Assembly: GCF_009914755.1 (NCBI RefSeq)
Contig: NC_060941.1
DNA length: 64,000 bases
Source of the DNA: the human T2T-CHM13v2.0 reference genome, Homo sapiens
Direction: 5' to 3' (one strand)
In this document: positions 13,701 to 27,520 of the stretch, piece by piece
How positions within the stretch are numbered: position 1 is the stretch's first letter
How the letters are laid out: the number at the start of each line of letters is the position of its first letter
Notes under the pieces: generated by a model
The model's database searches: none
Seen by the model: only the letters and a program-made list of their open reading frames with translations
Told to the model about the DNA's origin: nothing
Position numbers and translations under genes: made by a program

Positions 13701-16700
13701 GTCAGTGAAATTAGGACTCCCGAGGGAAAGGGGCAGGCTAGGGAGTGGGGAGTGGATGAGAAGTGCAGGAACTGTACGGAGAGAATGCACTGGGCACTAA
13801 GCTGTCCCCTTCCCAAGTGCTGGGAGCTTAGGGTAACTTTCTCTTATGGCTCCTATTGACAGATAGGGTACCGGGCCTATGACAGGAGAGAAATACTTAC
13901 CTGGTTACTAGTTGAGTTTTTCAGTATTAATGACTTTATGAACATACAGGAGTTAAAATTGCAGCATCAGAGATGGAAGGCAGACTTCAGGAAGAACTTC
14001 GCACTTTTGTGGATGAGGGCCTTTGAGATAGGTGGCGAATCCATGAGCAGGCATTCTGCCCTGCCCAGTCCTCTGGTTCCCTCTCTGGGTTACTGGGGCA
14101 TCTCTCACATCCATCCCACAGCCTTCCCCCTCCACACTGTCCTCAGCATGGAATGAAATGCCTGTGGACTTTGTCATCATGAGAAGATCCCACATTCTGG
14201 AAAACCGGAGGTGACATCACCACAGCTTTGCACCAGGTGTGCGGCCACCACTAGCTGAGCTTTTGCCCCTGCAGCTGGGTGGGTCTCAAGTGAGATCTAA
14301 GGGGGAGAGCTGCCGGGGGAGGGGGAGAAGTCAGGAAGCAGAGGGAACCAGGACCTCAGAGCCTGACTCCTGTCCCTCCCTTCTGTCCCCACCTTGTCTC
14401 CTCAACAGGTCTTTCAGAGCCTTCTAGGCCTGGTGACTCCTTGTCAGTGGCCAGGGGCACATGATGTGACTCAGAAAGGAGAGGGCAGAAGGCAGGGGAT
14501 CTGGCTGTAGCAGGACTTAGTGGGGGTGTCATTGCCCTTCTCTGAGCCTCCTGTTCTCCAGTGAGGCGCCTGGACTGGAACAGTGGCTTTTACAGGGGTA
14601 AAGGAGTCTGTGTTGTTGAACCTGCACAGAAGGACAGAGCCTCCCATCTGTCCATATCCCCTATAGGAAACCCTCCCTGAGTCCCCGCTGCCAGAATGAA
14701 TCTCTCTTTCCTCGGCCCTCATCAGCAAGCACCGAAGCTCACACATTCCTGGGACATGGCTCCCATGCCTTGCATTGCTGTCCGGGGACTCGTGCCCACT
14801 CCCCACCTAGAACACCAGACCTCTAAGGCAGGGATGTGTCCACTCCGGAACTGACCCAAGGCTTGGGCGTCAATGTGTCAGGGCTCAGTCTCATGCAGCC
14901 TGGGTGGCTACAATGCTCTTGGCTGTCCCCACTCTGGGGGAGTTTGGAGAATACCCCCAGCCCCCAAGAAGGCCCATTTCTTCTGTTTGGTTTGGTGACA
15001 GAGCCCCGCCCGGGTCCTGGTGCATTACCTGTGTGCTACAGGCCTTGGGTGTGGCATTTTCCCTCCCTGGGCCTCAGTTTCACCCGATCATGGCCAAAGT
15101 CCTTTGCAGTTTGAACATTACATCAAATCTATACTCAGAAACTAATTTGGTCCACAAACTGCCCTGTCCCTCCTTGGTTCATTTGCATTCATATTTGCAT
15201 AAATCTGCATGGAGCATCCAACAATCTCTACGGTTCTGCTGAGTGGCCTTCTTTTGATTTCTGGTCTCATTCCTCCCCTAAGTGACCTGAGTGGGGAGCT
15301 AGTGCAATGGCCATAGACCTGCTTTTTCTCTATGACCCCATCAATGGCACATCATGTGTGCTTCATAAATCCTTGTTGAAATGAAATGGCCAAGAGTTGG
15401 GCAGGTACCTGGTGGGATGGGGGTGCATGGGGAGTGGCTAACTCATGGAGCGGTGAGGGGGTGGGGTTACAGGGGGTGGAGTAGGGAAAGCAGCACAGGG
15501 GCGGTGGGGAGATGAGTCCGTTTCTACACCCATAGATCCGTCAAGATGATGAAATGGGGTCCCAAAGAGGTGTGATGGCTGCGAAGGCCATAGAGCTGGT
15601 TAGCAGCAGAGTTCAGACTAGAACCATCACCTTTGGACTCCTTGAGATGCCAGGCTGATGCTGGAGCGCCAGAGTGGGGAACTCATGGAACTCATAGTGC
15701 TTGCGGGGAGCTCCTCAGAGTGATGGGGGAGGCAAGACACCAAAGCACTCAGGATATAGACACAGGGAAAGGCAACAGCATGCAGACTCAGTGAATATCG
15801 AGGGGTGGGGGTGCGGATGGGGGTCTCCCCTTCCCACTTTTCCTCCTCCTCAGGCTAAAAGGTGAGCTGCGCTCATTTCTTCAGTTACAAGGACCAGAGA
15901 CCTGCAGGAAGGGGGTCCCTCTGGATGGTGAAGGGCATCCTGGGTTGTGAACTGGCCCCTGAGAAACTGGCAGAACCCAGTGGAGAGGTAGAAGGGCAGT
16001 GAGCCATGGTCCTGATAGTCCTTTGAGATCCTAGAGGGTTTCTGAGATGGGGGTGAAACCCTCTCCCCTAGAGGCCAGAGGGAGTCAAGGAAAGCCTCCC
16101 CATCCATTGTGGGCTGGTCTGAGACCAGTCTGGTGTGGGGGCAGGTATTATGGCCCTAGGACCTCTCAAATGTTTCCAGCCCCGTGACCCAGGAGGGAGT
16201 CCAGGAAGCTCTGCGAAGGGCACGCGGGGCCAGGCCACCTGCAACAGCTGGTATTCGAGGCCGTCTGCCTGCTCCTCCCTCCACTCTCACCCACCATCAT
16301 CATCCTGGGCTGGCACCTGGGGGAGGGTTGGCAGGTGGGATTACATCGGGTCCCCATGCCCCTCTGAGGGGATTACAGCATCCATCCCCATTTTAGGCCC
16401 CAGGGGCAGCGCTAAGGGACAGAGGCTGAGGCTGGGGGCAGACCTGGAAATCCTTTGGGGTGCTGGGATTCTTTCTTCAGAGGGTGAAGGCCAGGGCCCA
16501 GCCAGCTCCTCCATTCTCCTCCCCTGCCTCCATTTCATCAGCCCTGCTTTGGAAGCTCTTCTGCAGGCCACTCAGAGGGGATGGGTGGGGAGCCCTGGGC
16601 CCAGGCCCCACTCCTCCTGCCCAGGACTCTGGTGCTTTGGCTGGACACCATGCCTCTCTGGATAGGGCGCCTCCTGCGGGGAGACCAATCAATCCTCTGG

Positions 16701-18659
16701 CTCATGGAACTCACAGTGCTTGCAGGGAGCCCACAGAGTGATGGGGGAGGCAGGAACCAGTCTGATGGGGGAGCCAAGACACCCGTGTGCTCAGGATATA
16801 GACACAGGACAAGGCAGCAGTGTGCAGACTGAGTGAATATTGAGGCGTGGGACACAGGGAAAAGGGTAGACAGGGTTTGGGTGGGAGATTCTTGGCAGAC
16901 TGCCTGGAAAAGGGGCAAGGGGCACCTGGAACCTAAGGAGAGGAGAAGAAAGGGATGTCGCCTCAGACGATCATCTCAGACAATCGCCCCAGATGGGCTG
17001 CCCTCCCCTCCCCGGTGCCCACCCTGGCCCTCCTGGCTCTGCCAAGCCGAAGCAGTCCCGAGCCAGTGCCTGGAGAGCAGGGTGCGCAGGTGTTTCCTCA
17101 GACAGCTGCCTTAACTCAGCGAGGGCTCAGAGGAGCTGCCTTCCAGGGCCCAGAGAAGCAAGCTGAGAGCCCAGGAGAGAAGTGGAGGAGGGCAGACGGG
17201 AAGCCAGAAAGCCAGTGCCTTAGCCCCAGGCCCGGAGGCTGAGGGGGTGGAAGAAGAACGTTCAGTGCTCACGGGGCAGAGGGGAAGATGGCAGGGATGC
17301 TGGGGCCCAGATGCAGGCTGGGCCGGAGCGCTGACTACACTCCCCTCCCCTGTGACACCCTGGCCCACCCTGGCTCTGCCCAAAGCCGGCCTGGCCCCCA
17401 GCGCTCCCCCAGCCAAGCCAGCCCCAAAGCTGCTGCCCAGAGAGCGGGGTGCCCCAGCTGCTGCGAGGGTTCGTCGGTGGAGCCTCGGTGGGGGTTGATA
17501 GGAGACTGCCAGGCGCCGCTTAATAGGATTTTAATTATACAGCTCCAGCAAGAATTTTTTCCCCCCTGGGCTTGAGCCCTCACAGATACCTCCATCTCCA
17601 CCTCAGCATCTTCCCAGCCCTGGCAGCTAGCTCTCCCAGGCCCCCGCTGCCTGCCCTCCACCCACCGTGGGGGACGCTGGCCCATCTCCTGGGGGCTCAG
17701 GAAGGGCCTGGCATCTGCCCCCAGCAATGATGCAGAGGGCGCCTGCTCCTGGGGGGGGGTCCTGGCTCCAGGAGCTCCTCTGAGCTCTGCATCCAGGACT
17801 GGGGACGGTCAGAGCTGACTCTGGTGCAGGGCAGAGATGGTGCCCCCGCCATTCAACTCACTATGGACTCGATGCTCATTTTTCCAGAGTGATTCTGCCC
17901 CATGCCAAACCCTTTCGCGATGATTGTCTCATGTGACGCTTACAATTCTGGGAGCCAGGCAGGACAGATAGAGTGATCATCTCCATTTTATGGATGAGGA
18001 AATTGATCCCCAAGAGTTGAAGTGACTTGCCCAAGGACATGGTGAGTAAGGAGTCTGGACTTCCCGCAGGTTTGCTTGACTCTGAACTCCAGGTTCTGTC
18101 CATGGCCCTGAGCTGCCATTCCCCTGAGCTCCACACCCCACACCCCTCACCCCTCCAGAAGGAGCTAAGGGCAGATTCTCCTCCCTTATCCTCCAAGAAG
18201 TCAGGGGCTTCTTGCTCTGTTTGAAATAAAAAGCAACTGCGTCTGCGCACCAGTGGCAGAGACGGACTTTGTACAAGCGTCGGGGTGAAATGAACATTCT
18301 TCAGGCATGAGATGTTACCTCTCCCCATGTCTGGGTTAGGGTCCCCGCTTCATGCTCTCACAACTCCTGAATTTTGGCACCATAACCCCATCACACTGTA
18401 CTGGATTGGCTAGCAGGCTGGCTTACCAATAGCCTAGAATTTCCTTGACACGTCAAGAAAAATCTCCCTGGTGCCCACTGGTCAAGCATTTAGACTGTCC
18501 CCACCCACCTGCGTTCTGCAACAAGACCCCCTCTCCTGCAGGTGGCCTGCTCCCCCTGTACCTACCCATCAGGTGATGCCAGCCACCAATGTGTCAGGAT
18601 AACCACACGGGCTTTCTTGGAGGCAGCAGTTTCAGTGAGGCATTTTTTTGGTGTGTTTA

Positions 18660-19170
18660 TTATACAATTTTAACACCTATATTTTAATTTTAGAATAGTT
18701 TTAGATGTACAGAAAAGTTGCAAATAGAGAATTCCCATACACCCCTTACCCAAGTTTCTTCTATTGTTAACATCCTATATCACCAGAGTACATTTGTCAT
18801 AGCTAAAAAACAAACATTGGGCCAGGCACAGTGGCTCACACCTGTAATCCCAGCACTTTGGGAGGTCCAAGGCGGGAGAATTGCTTGAGCCCAGGAGTTT
18901 GAGACTAGCCTGGGCAACAGAGTGAGACTCTGTCTCTATAAAAAATTTAAAAATTAGCTGGATGTGGTGGCACATGCCTGTAATTTCAGCTACTCTGGAG
19001 GCTGAGACAGGAGAATTACTTGAGCCCAGGAGTTTGAGGCTGCAGTGAGCTATGATCGTGCCACTGCTCTCCAGCCTGGGCAACAGAGTGAGACCCTTAC
19101 TTAAAAAAAAAAAAAAGTACACTACTCTTAACTAAACTCAACACATGATTTAGATTTCACCATTATTTTT
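18660..19170. mobile_element. Old L1 (L1MC-like) 3' fragment interrupted by Alu
   Basis: TTTAGAATAGTTTTAGATGTACAGAAAAGTTGCAAA...ATTGTTAACATC. Confidence 0.65.
18819..19117 (+). mobile_element. Alu (AluJ-like) inserted in an old L1 3' fragment
   Basis: TTGAGCCCAGGAGTTTGAG in both arms. Confidence 0.92.
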
Positions 19171-21959
19171 TTAATGCCACGAGTAATACATTCTTGTATG
19201 AGATTCAACAGTGTAGTAAAAGAAACAGTAAAATATGACTCTCCCTTCATTCCTTCCCCAAGGCCTCTCCTGCCCCAGGAGGAATCCTTCTGCCTCCTCT
19301 CTGCAGGTACACCTTATTCCTGCCACTTTCCCCCAGGCAGTGGGTCTCGAGCTGGTGGTCAGCACATCCGCCTACCCTCATGCTCTTGTGTCTTGATGAC
19401 AGCCCCCTCCCCTGCTGCAGTGAATCCTCTCTTCCCTAATCCCTGCCCATCCTCTGTTCTCTCCTCCAGCCACACTTCCTCTGGGTAGCTTTGAGGAACT
19501 CCCAGCCTCCAGGGGCCCCCCTCTTCAGACTGTCTTTGTTTTGGTCTCCTTGACCCACAAACAGTTGGGGGTGATGACAATGCTCCCTGCCCCTCCTGTC
19601 CCTGTGAAGCTCCTAGGATGCAGTAGGTACATGGTAATGGGCTGTGAATGAAGTGAACCAGGGCTTCAGGAAAGGCGCCTGGCTGTAATTGGCAGTGGGT
19701 AGTGCCTTCCAACACTGTGGTGGAGCAGGTAGGAAGGTGCGGAAGACTTGGTGTCTGCCCTCAGGGCCCCCCATCCTGGGGAGGACACACCCACACATGC
19801 TCGCCTGGCTCCTGGATGGCTGTGGCCAGCAGAGCTCAGGCCAGGCCCAACTATCTGTGCCCAAGGCTGGGGGTGGGACTGGGGTAGAGGGTTTCTGGAC
19901 AAAGCCTCTGCCCTGCTCTGCTTGATGTGGCTTTGCTCTTTTCTGCCATGGCTAGGACTCACCCCCCAGCCAGAGAAGGAGGCCGTATTCCAGCCTTTTC
20001 TGCCTCCTCCATACCTCCTTCACAGCAAGTCCTAGAGGGCAACTTTGAGCTGTTGCCTCAGCATCCTTCATCAAAGCATCATCTGTTTCTCTCCTAGCCC
20101 CCTGGTGGGCGGCTGCCACCACCAGCAGCACCGAGAACTTATCCCGGCCCCCTCCCCACCAGTGCCAGCTGGTCTCAGCCTGCACTTTGCCCAAGGTCCT
20201 GGGAATGGGGCTGGGGTTGGAAGGGGGCCGATGCCTGGGGTGGCAGCCTGTTCACCTGAGGAGCTGGTCCTCCTCACTCGCCATGGGTCAGCTCATCCAT
20301 CCCCTTGCCTCAGTGCTTGCCTGCCTCTGCCAATCCCAGGAAAAGGAGAAGATTCGGGTGAAGACAATGGCTGCTACCACCAGCAACGTCTGTGCCTCTG
20401 ATTGCCAAGTCTCCTCCTGCCGCCTCACTGCCTCCCCATGGCTGCCTGGGCCTTCAAGTCAGAAAGGACAGGGCAGGAAAAGGACTCTGGAGACAGGAGG
20501 AGTCCCAAGGTGTTGGGGGGTGGTGATGGAGGGAGGCTGCTCAGGGAGGAAAGGATAGTGGGGGTGAGCCTCAAGGTGTGTGCTCACGTGACGCTGGGAA
20601 GGTGTGTCTGTGTGTGTGTGTTTACAGGCTGAGGAGGGGCCATGCCCCCCAGACCACCCTGGGCAGGTCTGCAGCAGGGGGCCAAAGCCCTGGGGGTCCC
20701 AGGTCTTTGGCTCCTATGGGGCCCAAGCCCAGGAGAGGCTGTGGAGCTGGACAGCCGGGGGTGGGGGATTGCAGCATCAGGCTGGCTGCCGTGGCATGAG
20801 ATGAAAGGCCAGGAGTGGGGCTGTTGGCAGACTGGCAGACGGACAGGCGGGGCCGGGTGGAGGCGTGGGGTGGGGGAGGGGAGATAACCATCTGCTAGAG
20901 CCGCCAGGTGTAGACATGGTGGAGTGTGGGGGATGCGGGTGGAGGGTTAGCCCTTGCCATCAGGGGAAAGAGCCAGAAGCTGGAAGGGCTCCCTGTGAGG
21001 TCATCTTGTCCAGCCTGATGCCTTTGGGCCCTCGGCCCCAAACCAAGCAGGCCCTGCTTCTGGCACTTGGTGCTCCTCCCTGGCCCCAGCCCCCAGCCTG
21101 TCCTCCGCACTGCACCCATCCCAGAGCAGTGCCCCAGAAGTCCAACCCAGAGTCCTCTCCGCACTTAAAGGCACAGCGCTCCATAGAGAGGGTCCGCCAA
21201 GCCCGGCCTCCTCTTAGTCACTAACTGCTGGGGTAGCCCAGGACTGGGTTGGTCCCTATCACCTTTCGTCTCCTTGATTCCAAACCTCTCTTACTGTAGT
21301 TGTATGATTATTTGTTGGTGCCTTGCCCCTAGCCCCAAACTTGGAGAGAAGGTTCTAGAAAGCATGGAAAAAGCATGAGCAATGAAGCAAGCCGCTCCTA
21401 AACAGTGTGGGGTCCAGGACAAGAGTCTTGCTTCCTAAATCTCTCTCTTAACCTCTTGTTGTCTTTCTGTACTCACACCTAATTCTCTAGTCCAGGCTTC
21501 TAATTTTCTCATCCAGAAATTACTTTGACAATTCCCCTAATATGCCCCCCAGCCTCCTCACTGCCCTCTGATCTGCTGCCTCAGTGGTCTGTCTAACACG
21601 AGAGTCTCACCATGTCACTTCTCTGCTCAACACCCTTCAAAGCAGTACTGCTTCCAGAGCCAGCAAGAGGAATCCCTGCCCCAGGCCCCTCATGACATGG
21701 ATATGACACTGACGCTTCCTTTGCTGGAGAACCCATGACAGCCTAGGTCATGCAGGCTCTGGTACCAAGGGCTGCGGGGTGCAACCCACAGCTTCAAACT
21801 TCTGCTCTACACTTCTGTCACTACAGCCATCGGGCCTCAGTCACAGGCTTCTTGCTCTAAGTGTTTGAAACAAAGAGCAACTGCGTCTGCGCGCCATTGG
21901 TGGAGATGGACTTTGTACAAGCGCCGGAGTGAAATGAAAAATGAATGGGGAGCATCATA

Positions 21960-22050
21960 ACTTCGGGTTTCCAGTCTGCCACATAAGAAGCTTGGAAGTC
22001 ACCGCTCCATCCTAATTACAAAAAACAGAAGTAACTGAAAGAAAAAATAC
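21960..22050 (+). mobile_element. L1M (L1MB/L1M4-like) 5'-end fragment
   Basis: AAGAAGCTTGGAAGTCACCGCTCCATCCTAA resembles the L1M 5' UTR as recalled. Confidence 0.5.
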
Positions 22051-22272
22051 ATATACTTGTTAGATTATTTCTTTCAAGTAGCGTACATGCAATAGATTAT
22101 TAATATTTTAAAAACATTCAAGAATAATTAAATGGATTCTTACATAAACTCTCCTTGTAGTGTTGAGCATCCTTGTCCTTATTTCTTCTTTGTGAGTACA
22201 AGAGGTACTCATAAATCAGTGTAGCATTCAAATGAATGCATGTTGCAGATGAGAAACACTTTGCTCTACTAA

Positions 22273-22579
<307 letters not shown>

Positions 22580-22740
22580 TTCATATAATTCTTAATTTGT
22601 ACAAAGGTAGGTCTAGATGGAACATGCATGAAACTTGATAGTAACTGTACATTGGCAATTTGATGGATGGTGAACGTTGAAATTACAAAGCATTATATTT
22701 TATCAAAATATATAATAATATTTAGATTTACAAAATTTTA

Positions 22741-23060
<320 letters not shown>

Positions 23061-23215
23061 ATTAGATTCAATTAAATAATCTTAATTTTCTACTTAACAT
23101 TCATTTGTTATAATTTACATTCTGCCTTTTATTTTAATAAATTAGAATATTTTAGTCACATATATATTTAACTGTATAAAAACCGTGGCTTTATGCAATT
23201 TAAAAAATTTTGTTG

Positions 23216-23818
<603 letters not shown>

Positions 23819-24254
23819 TTGTTGTTATGAAGGCTTATTGTCAAAGAAAGTAGGAAGAATGTGTTTAGCGATGTTTAGCTGGATAGTGACCCTCCACTTG
23901 TACTCTTGTCCTGGACCCCACACTGTTTAGGGGCGGCTTGCTTCATTGCCCATTTGCTGCTGGACCCCAGAGCATGACCCACAAAGGCTTCCTCTGCCTG
24001 AGACTCCAGGGTTCCCTGCTGTCTTCACACAGCCCTGGACCGTGGGGAGGTGGGGAATCCCAGAACACACATTTTGCTGTGCTTTTCCCAGGTCTCAGAC
24101 GACCTCTCCTTCCCTAGTCACTGTATGAGGGGCAAGTGCCAGCTCATACTTCCAGTCTCAGCCCAGATCTGCCCTCCCCGGCTCCAGCAGGCAGATGGCT
24201 GCCCCTCCAGATGCCCCATGCTATTTGCAAGTTACCTATTAAAAATGGTTCTTC

Positions 24255-25159
24255 CACGTGGATTCAGTGCAATGCCCAAATCCAAGCGTGACAAGAAAGT
24301 CTCCTTAACCAAAACTGCCAAGAAAGGCTTGGAATTGAAACAAAACCTGATAGAAGAGCTTTGGAAATGTGTGGACACCTACAGTACCTTTTCATCTTCT
24401 CTGTGGCCAACATGAGGAACAACAGGCTGAGGGACATCCAGAACACCTGAAAGCACAGCTGGATGTTCTTTGGCAAAAACAAGGTGATGATGGTGGCCCT
24501 GGGTCAGAGCCCACCTGATGAGAACAAAGATAACCTGCACCACGTCAGCAAAAGGTTGAGGGGTGAAGTGGGTCTCCTGTTCACCAACCGCACAAAGGAG
24601 GAAGTGAATGAATGGTTTACGAAATACACAGAAATGGACTACGCCCGAGCTGGTAACAAAGCAGCTTTCACTGCAAGCCTGGACTCAGGGCCCCTGGAGC
24701 AGTTCCCCCACTCCATGGAGCCACAGCTCACGCAGCTGGCCCTGCCCACTGCCCTCAAGAGAGGTGTGGTGACCCTGCTGTCCAACTATGAGGTGTGCTG
24801 ACCCCAGAGCAGGCTCGTGTCCCGAAGCTTTTTGGGTATGAGATGGCTGAATTCAAGGTGACCATCAAATACATGTGGGATTCACAGTAGGGAAGTTTCC
24901 AGCAGATGGGAGATGACTTGCCAGAGGGCGCATCCGAGTCTGCAGAAGAGTCAGACTCAGAAGACAATGACTGAAAGGGTCTTAGGACTGAAGGTCTCCT
25001 GGAACCTTCTGAGTCTCACTGGACCATGCAGGACTGCTGCCACCCCTCTAGAGAGAGCAGCTTTTTATTTGGCTGTAGACAGGGAACATGCTGGGCACCG
25101 ACTTCCTATAAAGAATAAAACTTTGCAGGATGTCTCCCTGGAGACAAAAAAAAAAAAAA
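24255..25159 (+). pseudogene. Processed pseudogene of MRTO4 (ribosome maturation factor MRT4 homolog)
   Basis: ATG 24272 MPKSKRDKKVSLTKTAKKGLELKQNLIEEL...; [14 protein letters not shown]...; acidic C-terminus ending TGA 24972-24974. Intronless. 1-nt frameshift near 24383, TGA 24448, ~16-nt deletion near 24797, TAG 24888. AATAAA 25114-25119 and poly(A) 25146-25159. TSD AAAAA(TG)GTTCTTC at both ends at a TT/AAAA L1 endonuclease site. Confidence 0.93.
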
Positions 25160-26974
25160 GTTCTTCTGCCACACGGGAGGTTTGTGGACTGCCTCTTTAT
25201 GGATCAGGACCTTTTCTTGAGCAGGAACTTGGGAGCTCTGGGAGTAGGGAGGGGGCAGGGCCTCTGTGTGGGGCTCAGAGCTCAGTGCTGGGATGATGGG
25301 GTTTTGATATCTCTGAAGTCTGCAGGGCTTGAGCACTGAAGAAACTCAAAATTCTAGGGAAAACTAGCTGAGGACTTGGGCTTTGCCCAGGGGTGAAGCC
25401 ACCTGAGAAGGCCCCAGAGAACCAAGGTCTGAGAGGAGGTTGGTGGGAACCCCCATTGGCACCCCTGCCAGCCGCTATCTCTGAGGGCCAAGGTGGTGAG
25501 TGGCAGCCAGGGGCTCAGTGGGGAGGGCAGAAAGTGGAGAGGGGCCTCTTGCAGAAAATCCAGGCTCAGCTGGTGGCTCTGAGGTGGGGGAAGAAGGGAA
25601 ATGGCAGGATGTTGGAGGCAGCCAAGGTTGGGGGTGGGATGGAAGTGGCTGAGCTGAAAAGAGGCAGGGACCAGCCTAGGAGGCCAACCCATACCTCACT
25701 CACAGCTTCTGGCTCCCTGGAGAAGGATGTTCTTTTTGGCAGAAGCCAGGGCAGGTGGAGTGTGAAGGGAACCCTGCCCTTACTTTCCTCAGAGGACACT
25801 TCAAATGAGTGGGAGTCCCAATATTTACCAAGTACCTGCTGTGTGCCAGGCACTGTGCTGAGGGACTTCACCTCACTTTCCCTAGAGAGCGATGGCCTAC
25901 CTGTCGGGTGGCATCAGAGACCACCTAATCCAATTCTCCCATTTGCCGGAGGAGGAAGCTGAGGCTCAGACGTGGGGAGTGACTTGCCCTGAGGTGAGCG
26001 AGAAGAGGACCCTGGGCTGGAGTTTGGGTCTCTTGACTCCTTGTCCCGGGTGCTTCCTTAACTGTCCCTGGGCCATCCAGGACAAGGACATGCTCTGCCC
26101 AGAGCTGGTGGAACCACAGCATTGGACCACCCCAAGCTCCCGACATGGTAGCTGGCTCTGTCCTGATGCCGCCACCCTCTGTGTCCCTGCCATGGCCCAT
26201 AATGCCTGGTGCTGGTGGCAAGGGGACTAGGAGGGGCTGATTCAGCTGCAGGCTCTTCTTTCTCCTGAAAGAAAGAAAGGGCCCTGCCTCCCACGGGCCC
26301 AGCTATCTCCTCTCTCTGGATCCCTGACTCCCCAATCCAGCCTTCAGCTCCCCTAAGGCCCATGGGATGCTGTCTCCTTTAACCCAAAGCCAGGAGGAGT
26401 CTGAGACAACCACTGGGACTGGGAAGTGAGAGGCTGGGTCCCCTGTTTCATTCTATTTATTTTTTTCATCATGATTGTCATCATCGATGTCCTCACAATG
26501 ATTGAGAACATTCGAGGGTCCACTCTGGGCTCTGATTACAAGCAGGGACTATTATTTGCTCCATTTTCCAGCTGGAGGAAATGGGGTCAGAGAGGGTGAT
26601 TGAAGCCCAAGGTACCCTATTCAAAAGAATCAGAAAGGGGCCGACTCCCTGGTCCGCTGGGGGTGTGCAAAGGTGAGCATTCCTGCTCTATCTCTATCCC
26701 CTCTGAGCCACGACCATCAGCTCCTCCTCCCTCTCCCGGGACACCTGAGAAACCGGCTGTGACACCTACCCTCCCTTCACGCCCACCCCTCAAGGCTGTA
26801 GTTTGGTCAGCCAGAGGAACTCTCCGTCTAGGAGCTGGGTGTGTGTGCAGACCCCATCAGAGAGAGAGCCTGGGGATCCTCCTCTCTGCCTCTATCCCCT
26901 CTCCCATCCTGCCCGTGGCTGTGCCCAAAGGCAGCTCTCGATGTGCTGGGGATGGACGGGAACACTGCTCACAG

Positions 26975-27125
26975 GGCTGGGCATGCTGGCACGCACCTGT
27001 AATCCCAGCTACTCAGGAGGCTGAGATGGGAAAATCACTTGAGGCCAGGAGTTCGAGACTAGCCTAGGGAACACAGTGAGATCCTTGTCTCAAAATTTTT
27101 TTTTTTTTAACAAAAAGAAAGAAAC
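26975..27125 (+). mobile_element. Alu monomer (FLAM-like)
   Basis: Single arm; TSD-like AACAC(T/C)G. Confidence 0.8.
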
Positions 27126-27289
27126 ACCGTTGACAGTCCCTGATCATTTAGCCCACAAACATGGACTTGAGCTCCTATTGTGCCCCCACATGGTCCTGGG
27201 CACTGGGCAGGCAAGTCTGGAATGTAGACTCTGCCCTCCTAGAGCTCACTGTCCAGGGTAGGTGGAGAAGAAACCCACCACCTCCATTC

Positions 27290-27520
27290 AACCTGCAGAC
27301 AGTGAACCTTGTGTGCCAAGCACCACTGTAGGCACTAGGGGTCCAGATATGAACAGAACAGCCCAAATCTCTGTCCTCAAGGAGCTCACATTTGAGAAGA
27401 GAGAGACAGAATGGAACTAAAATAAATAAGCAAGTGACATAGCCTGTAGAAGGGAATGTGTGCTAGGGAGAAAGATAGATAATGCAGGGAGGTGCCAGAG
27501 AGTGGGAGTGTGGGAGTTGC
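27290..27520 (-). mobile_element. L2 fragment
   Basis: GTGCCAAGCACCACTGTAGGCACT...CCTCAAGGAGCTCACATT. Confidence 0.65.

Noticed and set aside
18238-18258. CTCF motif within the 96-bp duplicate
   Set aside because: At least three mismatches at core positions; too weak to call.
24050-24801. Functional MRTO4 gene
   Set aside because: Intronless, with frameshifts, premature stops, a poly(A) tail and TSD: a processed pseudogene.
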